Of a stretch of 12,330 nt of DNA, positions 7,078 through 12,330 are shown one piece after another (position 1 is the stretch's first letter; each line of letters starts with the position of its first letter). Under the pieces are notes generated by a model. The model searched no databases. It saw nothing but the letters and a program-made list of their open reading frames with translations, and was not told where the DNA came from. Made by a program: the position numbers and the translations under genes. The stretch comes from Coleofasciculus chthonoplastes F2-STO-03 (lineage in GTDB: Bacteria > Cyanobacteriota > Cyanobacteriia > Cyanobacteriales > Coleofasciculaceae). The stretch lies in NCBI GenBank assembly GCA_040222015.1, contig JAVJWO010000087.1, positions 1-12,330 of the forward strand, read 5' to 3'.

Positions 7078-7860
7078 ATGTCAGCTAAGACTGGACTCAC
7101 CGCACGGCTCATTGAACTGTTTTCTGCCATTCAAGGTGAAGGACTCAATGTTGGTATCCGTCAATTATTCATCCGTTTGGCTCTGTGTGATTTGCGCTGC
7201 CATTTTTGCGATAGTCAGAATACCTGGACAGTTCCAGATTTAGCGGCTGTGGAACAAACTCCCGGAAATCGGGACTTTGAAGCTCATCCTAATCCCGTAA
7301 CCGTTGATCAGTTAATGACATGGGTTGAGCGGCAAAATTATCCAGGACTCCATGAAAGTATTAGTGTAACAGGTGGCGAACCCCTGTTGCAGGCTTCCTT
7401 TTTAAGAGAGTTTTTACCCGTGGTACGACATCAAACCGGGTTACCCATCTATTTGGAAACCGGTGGACATCGTCCGGAGCAACTAGCCCAGATTTTACCC
7501 TATTTAAATAGTATCGGTATGGATATGAAATTGCCGAGTGTAAGTGGGGAAGAGTGTTGGCTCGCTCATCGTCAGTTTTTACAACTTTGTCTGGATGCAG
7601 ATATTCAGTTTTTTGTCAAGCTGATTATTTCCCAAACAACGAACACCGCCGAACTGGAGTTAGCCGCCGAATTGGTTGCAGCGTGTAACCCCAGTATTCC
7701 CGTGTTTTTACAACCTGTAACGCCCCTAGCTAAACCCCATCATGCGCCAATAATCCCGCCAATGCCGACTCAAGTTTTAGAATGGCAAGGGTTGATGAAG
7801 CGCCATCTCAAATCAGTGCGCGTCATCCCCCAAACCCATAAGATGATCGGTCAGCTTTAG
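7078..7860 (+). CDS. queE: 7-carboxy-7-deazaguanine synthase QueE (radical SAM)
   Basis: ELFSAIQGEG, CDLRCHFCDS (CX3CX2C), SVTGGEPLLQ, YLETGG, VFLQPVT, C-terminal RVIPQTHKM. ATG at 7078 preferred over TTG at 7051. Confidence 0.9.
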   Translation: MSAKTGLTARLIELFSAIQGEGLNVGIRQLFIRLALCDLRCHFCDSQNTWTVPDLAAVEQTPGNRDFEAHPNPVTVDQLMTWVERQNYPGLHESISVTGGEPLLQASFLREFLPVVRHQTGLPIYLETGGHRPEQLAQILPYLNSIGMDMKLPSVSGEECWLAHRQFLQLCLDADIQFFVKLIISQTTNTAELELAAELVAACNPSIPVFLQPVTPLAKPHHAPIIPPMPTQVLEWQGLMKRHLKSVRVIPQTHKMIGQL

Positions 7861-8501
7861 GCTCTGGATTCCCGTTTGCTTTTCGCTTCGGCTTTGGCTT
7901 TAGCAGCACTTTTTTTCAATGCGGCTAGGCGAGCTTCGTAGCGGCGACGTTGACGGCGACTGGGTGTAACTTCAACTAATGTTTTTAAGGCACTGCCTAG
8001 GCTCTTGTAGGCGTTGGGGAGAGTGTAACCAAAGCGAGTAGCCAGGGCGATCGCTTTTTCGTCTGCCTCAATTTCTGCCTTGAGAGTTTTCTCCCCGTTG
8101 TTTTTCTGATAGAGTCTCCATCCAGAAACACCACAGAGGGCGAGTGCCAACAGCAGTAGCAATCCATCTTGTACCCAAAGTTCCCCAACAGCCCCTCCCA
8201 AACCAATGGCTAGGGCTGCCATTTCCCACCCTTCTTTGGGAATCGTATCATTCTGAATCCGGGCAACTTCGTGCCAAAATAGGAGATTACGTTGGTCAAG
8301 GGCAAACTGCTCCCATTTCACTAAGTCAATTTGCACCTCCACCTCATCGCTACCAATTTCTTCGGTGCGTAACAAAGGAGGATTGACCTCGGTTGTTCCT
8401 TCCACCATGACCCAGCTTTGCAATTCTGGGGGGAGTAAGGTTTTTAGACGCCGGAGTTCACTCATCTCGGCTTTGGCAGAAGAGGTTGCATAGGATGTCA
8501 T
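7857..8501 (-). CDS. Conserved cyanobacterial protein, DUF3318-like
   Basis: 214 aa; ELRRLKTLLPPEL, RNLLFWHEVARIQ, two hydrophobic segments, EADEKAIALATRFGY; GGAGG upstream of the ATG. Confidence 0.8.
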   Translation of the reverse strand: MTSYATSSAKAEMSELRRLKTLLPPELQSWVMVEGTTEVNPPLLRTEEIGSDEVEVQIDLVKWEQFALDQRNLLFWHEVARIQNDTIPKEGWEMAALAIGLGGAVGELWVQDGLLLLLALALCGVSGWRLYQKNNGEKTLKAEIEADEKAIALATRFGYTLPNAYKSLGSALKTLVEVTPSRRQRRRYEARLAALKKSAAKAKAEAKSKRESRA

Positions 8502-8562
8502 AGATCTGCCTCCAGGAAACTTAAACCAATTAGTAAGGGTATCATTTGGCAGTATAGCGAGA

Positions 8563-8700
8563 TTCGTCCTCTGCCTTGTTTCGATTCCGGTGTTAGGTAA
8601 CTTCCCATGCTTCCAGACGTTTCACCGGAGGAGTCTCTAACTCTCACCACAATACTGATTCCGCCACCCCGTAGTTACCACACCGTAGCGCCAGATACGA
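8563..8700 (-). ncRNA. Candidate structured RNA immediately downstream of ffs (family not recognised)
   Basis: CGGTGTGGTAACT (8685-8673) pairs with AGTTACC-TA-ACACCG (8602-8588); an outer TCGT..TCTG / CAGA..ACGA stem and two inner hairpins; no ORF. Confidence 0.4.
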
Positions 8701-8703
8701 GAA

Positions 8704-8797
8704 GACCCGGAGTTCACGCCTATCCCAAGCATCTCGTATTGCTGCTACCTTCCGGTTCTGACAAGGTTTGAGCGTTGGGATTGCATGAATCCGAGTC
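8704..8797 (-). ncRNA. ffs: Signal recognition particle RNA (4.5S, small bacterial type)
   Basis: Minus strand contains TGTCAGAACCGGAAGGTAGCAGCA (helix 8 with GGAA tetraloop) inside a long hairpin closed by GACTCGGATTCA / TGAACTCCGGGTC. Confidence 0.95.
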
Positions 8798-8804
8798 ATT
8801 TACC

Positions 8805-8813
8805 ACTATAACA
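8805..8813 (-). promoter_or_regulatory. Extended -10 promoter of ffs
   Basis: Minus strand TGT-TATAGT, ending 7 nt before the ffs 5' stem. Confidence 0.6.
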
Positions 8814-8932
8814 GCTTTGAACCCCATTGATCAGTTGAGGGAGATATTTTCATCGCTTTACCTCGTGAGACTCCGGCTTCAGCGTTCGCTTGCGTGCGCG
8901 TAGCGCGTAAGCAAGCCGGAGAGGGATAGAGG

Positions 8933-10125
8933 TCAAACCGAACCGTTCGACGCGGCGAGGTTTGACAATCCAGTTGTAGGCACGACATTTCGACTTCGCT
9001 CAATGCGAACGATTAACCCCGTGCTTCGCTGCAACAACTGGACTTTTTTAGCAGTAAATTGCCCTAGTCGTTTCCAGTTAATATCGCTAACTGAAACCTG
9101 TTTTTTGGTGTCTCCAGAACACCAACCGGTGTAGGTCTTTCCGGCTTTTTCGGCTATAACCTTGTCACCCTTTCTGAACCCATGGCGGGTAACTGTGCCG
9201 CCATACTTGCGCCGTTTACCTCCCTTGGACGGAACACACAAGTGCAACTGTCTACGGCTAATTGGTGGTCTGCGGACTATTGCAAAGGGTGCAGGTGTGA
9301 TCTGAACATCGCCACACCATCCGCCATGTTTGGCATTGTCTGAGTGCCATTCTTGCCATCGGATGAACTCAAGCGCCGCCAAGGTTACACCATCAACAGC
9401 ATGGGTTGCAGGTGTCTGTTGATCCTTGTTTTTCTTGTCCTTAGCTAACCCTAGCCACTGTCTAAGTTGGCTAGTTCCATTGCCATCCCTTTGCCATCCT
9501 TGGTGAGTTGTGACGAGGGCTAATTCAGATAGCCAATTAAGCATTTGTCGCTGACCCACCATGACTGGAGAAAACCCAACGCCAGACCGAGCTGATTTGC
9601 GCCCGCTGGTTCTGTCCACATCAGCCATGACTAACACAAGCGTGAATGGCGCTAATGGGGAACAGCTTGAACAACTCTTTGACTACCCGTAACTCTAGCT
9701 GCTTGTTGGCTCGAATAGAGGGGGGTAATGGGTCCTTGTCTACGGTTATTAAACCTCTTTTGACGATGGCAGCGTTCAGAATAGGGTAGTTTCCGGTTAA
9801 TCCGTCTACCGCGTCTAGCTCGACGCATTACCCGTCGTAATTCCATCCGTTCCTTAACTGTTTTGAACGGTAAGACTAGATGCCCCATCCAAAGGGTGAA
9901 TAAACCCGACTGAACCCCGATCCCGGAATAAAGTTTCCCAGGATCTATGCCTACGGCTATAGGTTGAGTGTTTTCTTGAGTGTCAAAGGTTAGCTGGATG
10001 GCAAAGCCATCTAAGTCGTTGTGTACCACTTTGGCTTTACCCTCCTTTAGCCAACGTCTAGCGCGACTAGGTTTGGTGGGCATTAAAGGCTTACCCGACT
10101 TTGATAAAACTGGTACTCGTAGCAT
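8933..10125 (-). pseudogene. isrB: IsrB (RRXRR/PLMP, split RuvC, no HNH) RNA-guided nickase with two +1 frameshifts
   Basis: MLRVPVLSKSGKPLMPTKPSRARRW (PLMP), GIDPG (RuvC-I), Arg-rich bridge helix, THAVDG (RuvC-III), no HNH or CxxC block. A hidden third-frame segment LPPSIRANKQLELRVVKELFKLFPISAIH (~9729-9642) links track ORFs 9652-10227 and 8933-9637. Shifts near 9730 and 9638; repaired length ~396 aa. Confidence 0.85.
8985..9005 (-). repeat. SDR-like mini-element (core TGAGCGAAGTCGAA) in frame in the isrB C-terminus
   Basis: Minus strand CATTGAGCGAAGTCGAAATGT, exact reverse complement of 10154-10174; lies in the RIERSRNV peptide. Confidence 0.7.
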
Positions 10126-10372
10126 GGTGATAAACCTCACGAGTGAGTGTTTACATTGAGCGAAGTCGAAATGTAGTCCCTTCCCGCATCTAAACCAAGA
10201 TGTCCTAACCAAATAGCGACTTGACAAAAAGTCTTAGAGTGATCCGGACTAGGGAAGTATCCGGAAGTCTGTACCAGGTTTAGACTCAATGCGGATATTC
10301 AACGCTTACGTTGCTAGATTTGTCTCTAGCAATCCCTAACAGAGAAGCGATAGCTAGGTTAGGGTTGTTGAA
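10126..10372 (-). ncRNA. Omega-RNA (HEARO-like) scaffold upstream of isrB
   Basis: Stems CCCTAAC/GTTAGGG (10334-10364), TTGCTAGA/TCTAGCAA (10311-10332), TCCGGA-tacttccctag-TCCGGA (10243-10265) and long-range TCTAAACC/GGTTTAGA (10189-10196 with 10277-10284). Loop CTTCCC is complementary to downstream GGGAAG, a possible pseudoknot. Confidence 0.75.
10154..10174 (+). repeat. SDR-like mini-element (core TGAGCGAAGTCGAA) in the omega-RNA 3' part
   Basis: TACAT-TGAGCGAAGTCGAA-ATGTA, a core flanked by a 5-bp inverted repeat. Confidence 0.7.
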
Positions 10373-10635
10373 TCGGCAATGATGCACCATTCGTGAAGTT
10401 GGTATTTGACACAGTGATTTGCCACCAACGGATCTCCCTCAACGATCGCCTGTGCTTCTTGTTTTGAACTTGCTTCAAACAGGAGCATTCCTCCTCCTTT
10501 CTCCGCCCAGTAACCTGTTTTGGCTTGATGTCCTTTGGCAATCAAGTCTTGGACGTAGGCTTTATGAGCCGGAACATATTGGTCAAACGTAGGTTTATCG
10601 ACGATGCCTTCTTCTATCTTGACGAACCAGGGCAT
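10354..10635 (-). CDS. YciI family protein (last codons supplied by the inserted element)
   Basis: 93 aa; VPAHKAYV, GGGMLLFEA, DPLV and YQLHEW motifs. Confidence 0.85.
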   Translation of the reverse strand: MPWFVKIEEGIVDKPTFDQYVPAHKAYVQDLIAKGHQAKTGYWAEKGGGMLLFEASSKQEAQAIVEGDPLVANHCVKYQLHEWCIIADSTTLT

Positions 10636-10648
10636 TGGCTTTTTCCCA

Positions 10649-11197
10649 TCAAAACCGCAAATAGTACATTATCTCAGATATCAGGTCTGGGGGAAGGGCA
10701 AGGCGTCGCTGGAAGTCGGCTAAATTACGATAGTTACCCCTCTCTTGCCGATTTTGCACGATCGCTCTGGCAAAAAACAAGTCAACCCCAGGAATTCGGC
10801 TCAGTTGTTCCACGGATGCTGTATTCGCCGGAATCGACACGGGTGTTGCTGGACTTTCGGCGTCATAGTAACAAAAGCTGAGAATGGGTTGTAACGGCTG
10901 CAGTCGCGCCACAGGGATACTTAACGCCGCCGCAATATCCTCCAAACAGCAAAACTGTACCCCACTATTTGCCAATTCCACCAGCGATCGCGCTTGATGG
11001 ATAGATATTCCTGGTAATCTTAGCCAGTCATCCACCGTCGCTTGATTGACATCAATTCTCATCCCCAGCGCCACCGCCACCTCTATTTCTTGCGCTGATT
11101 GCAGCCGATAGTAAGGATCACTCTGAATCCGGGTTTGGATTGAGCGCCAGGTTGGGTTTAATCGATCCGTCGATAACAGCCAGTCAAACAGTGCCAT
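10649..11197 (-). CDS. Helix-hairpin-helix (ComEA-like) DNA-binding protein with two HhH modules
   Basis: IDVNQATVDDWLRLPGISIHQA and ANTASVEQLSRIPGVDLFFARAIVQNRQERGNY. ATG at 11197 avoids overlap with the upstream gene. Confidence 0.85.
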   Translation of the reverse strand: MALFDWLLSTDRLNPTWRSIQTRIQSDPYYRLQSAQEIEVAVALGMRIDVNQATVDDWLRLPGISIHQARSLVELANSGVQFCCLEDIAAALSIPVARLQPLQPILSFCYYDAESPATPVSIPANTASVEQLSRIPGVDLFFARAIVQNRQERGNYRNLADFQRRLALPPDLISEIMYYLRF

Positions 11198-11207
11198 CTT
11201 CTTTTTT

Positions 11208-11603
11208 TCAGGCGATACGATCCAGTAGTTGGCGACGCTTTTGCTCAAACTCATATTCTGACATCAATCCCTCCTGACGCAGCTTGTCCAGTTGTCGCAG
11301 TGCATCCGCGATCGCACCCACTTGCGCCGGATCAACCTCTGGGGATTGAATGGGTATCGATGTCCCGGTTGATATCAAATTCCCATTAAAATTTTGGTCG
11401 AATTGCTCCGAGTTTTGCAAAAGATACCACACTCCTTCAATGGCACTCGCCACTCTGGGAATCTGAGTCCAAGACAACAACAAATACACCACTCCCCACC
11501 AAGGTTGCCCCAGATAAAATTTGTGGAGTCCAGAAATAGGTGTCACTACCCCGCTAAACGCCAGTAAGGAAGCGACTTTTCGACTTTTCGGCTTGGTCAA
11601 CAT
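11208..11603 (-). CDS. TM2/NINE domain membrane protein with C-terminal SHOCT domain
   Basis: KSRKVASLLAF..GLHKFYLGQPWWG (TM2/NINE) and LRQLDKLRQEGLMSEYEFEQKRRQLL (SHOCT). ATG 11603 chosen; the upstream extension runs through low-complexity DNA. Confidence 0.85.
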   Translation of the reverse strand: MLTKPKSRKVASLLAFSGVVTPISGLHKFYLGQPWWGVVYLLLSWTQIPRVASAIEGVWYLLQNSEQFDQNFNGNLISTGTSIPIQSPEVDPAQVGAIADALRQLDKLRQEGLMSEYEFEQKRRQLLDRIA

Positions 11604-11719
11604 AGTGGTTCTAACACCAGACGAAAGGACACCGTTATCAATCAAGAAAGAGGAACGCCATACTTTTATGATAGAGAGATGCTGCTCAATACTACTGACA
11701 GGAATCTCTAATTTCCTTT

Positions 11720-11769
11720 CCTCTCCCCCCTGCACCCGCACCCCCACACCCCTACTCCCTTGCATCCCC
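11720..11769 (+). repeat. Degenerate C-rich short tandem repeat (CCCCTGCA/CCCCACA-like)
   Basis: CTCTCCCCCCTGCACCCGCACCCCCACACCCTACTCCCTTGCATCCCC in an intergenic region. Confidence 0.5.
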
Positions 11770-11864
11770 AATACGGATAACCGAAGTTTCCTCTAAGTGC
11801 AACACTGCACTAGAATATGACTGGAAACGGCAGTACAACCCACTCGGTTGATCGGGTAAGAGCT

Positions 11865-12188
11865 ATGGGGTTTTTTGATTCAGATATAGTCCAACAAGAA
11901 GCTAAACAACTGTTTGAAGATTATCAGTCCCTTGTCCAATTGGGAGGCAGCTACGGTAAATTTGACCGAGAAGGGAAGAAAATTTTCATTGATCAGATGG
12001 AAGCGATGATGGAGCGCTATCGAATTTTTATGAAGCGCTTCGAGTTATCCGAGGATTTTATGGCTCAGATGACAGTTGAGCAGCTTAATACACAACTTGG
12101 TCAGTTTGGCATCACGCCTCAGCAAATGTTTGATCAAATGCAAATGACGTTAGAGCGGATGAAATCGGAACTGGAACAACAGTCTTAG
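11865..12188 (+). CDS. Conserved cyanobacterial protein, DUF1825-like
   Basis: MGFFDSDIVQQEAKQLFEDYQ..YGKFDREGKK..RFELSEDF; ATG at 11865 gives 107 aa. Confidence 0.82.
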   Translation: MGFFDSDIVQQEAKQLFEDYQSLVQLGGSYGKFDREGKKIFIDQMEAMMERYRIFMKRFELSEDFMAQMTVEQLNTQLGQFGITPQQMFDQMQMTLERMKSELEQQS

Positions 12189-12197
12189 AAATAAACT

Positions 12198-12232
12198 ACC
12201 CAGACCTGCTAAGAGCTGAGGTCTGGGTTTTT
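12198..12232 (+). terminator. Probable intrinsic terminator (possibly also an IS200/IS605-like end hairpin)
   Basis: Perfect 10-bp stem ACCCAGACCT/AGGTCTGGGT followed by a T-run, 9 nt after the stop codon. Confidence 0.6.
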
Positions 12233-12268
12233 AGTAGCCCTGAAGTCATCAAACAAGCTAAGACTTCG

Positions 12269-12290
12269 GCGTGAGCGCTCAGTCGAACGC
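12269..12290 (+). repeat. SDR-like mini-element variant (core TGAGCG-CTCA-GTCGAA)
   Basis: GCG-TGAGCGCTCAGTCGAA-CGC; same core ends as the copies at 8985 and 10154, with self-complementary flanks extending to TTCGGCG/CGCTGAA. Confidence 0.6.
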
Positions 12291-12330
12291 TGAACATACT
12301 TAATAGTTCGGCTTAGCTTGCACGATAACC

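Larger units (their letters stand above)
8854..10372 (-). mobile_element. Non-autonomous IS200/IS605-superfamily OMEGA element (omega-RNA + isrB)
   Basis: Begins TTCAACAACCC followed by a CCCTAAC/GTTAGGG hairpin; then a structured leader, a PLMP-RuvC ORF, a subterminal hairpin CTCCGGCTT/AAGCCGGAG (8871-8921) and a flanking ATGA. No tnpA in the window. Confidence 0.8.

Noticed and set aside
8563..8700. 6S RNA (ssrS/ssaA)
   Set aside because: Rod-like with a bubble, but only ~140 nt and unlike the cyanobacterial 6S sequence as I recall it. Left unnamed pending an Rfam search.
8985..10174. The 21-bp inverted repeat as terminal inverted repeats of a DDE transposon
   Set aside because: Both copies lie inside the element, there is no DDE transposase or flanking duplication, and a related core occurs independently at 12272-12287.
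8933..10227. Two separate genes, or IscB/Cas9/TnpB
   Set aside because: The ORFs join through a third-frame segment into one protein. The PLMP N-terminus excludes TnpB and Cas9, and the lack of HNH/CxxC between RuvC-II and RuvC-III indicates IsrB rather than IscB.
10126..10227. N-terminal extension of isrB from 10227
   Set aside because: It runs through the omega-RNA. The family-like start MLRVPV at 10125 has a GAGG upstream.
8852..10375. CGAT at both element ends as a target-site duplication
   Set aside because: IS200/IS605 elements do not duplicate targets. The match overlaps the ATGA TAM, so it is treated as a small boundary ambiguity.
7997..11796. Short alternative ORFs (7997, 8144, 8806, 10359, 10525, 11521) and the 11604-11771 extension
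   Set aside because: They overlap real genes, element ends or low-complexity DNA and show no independent coding signal.

Overview
Cyanobacterial chromosomal window (at least 13 HIP1 GCGATCGC sites; STRR2-type heptamers suggest a filamentous taxon). Positions 1-870 are a non-coding ~453-bp tandem duplication made of GTAG-type REP-like hairpins and HIP1 sites. A mostly minus-strand housekeeping block follows: initiator tRNA-fMet, asparaginase II, Ycf36/CGLD27, rsfS, yqeK. Next come a WcaI-like glycosyltransferase, an RsbW-like kinase and a STAS/sugar-transferase fusion, then queE, a DUF3318-like gene, an unnamed structured element and the SRP RNA (ffs). A ~1.5-kb non-autonomous IS200/IS605-type OMEGA element (omega-RNA plus a doubly frameshifted isrB lacking HNH) is inserted into the last codon of a yciI-like gene. 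Its empty site, guide and ATGA TAM can be reconstructed from the sequence. The window ends with HhH/ComEA-like, TM2/NINE-SHOCT and DUF1825-like genes. Several 21-28 bp mini-insertions with GNA mini-hairpins occur: three in the isrB element and two splitting HIP1 sites. Family names come from recognised motifs, not database searches.
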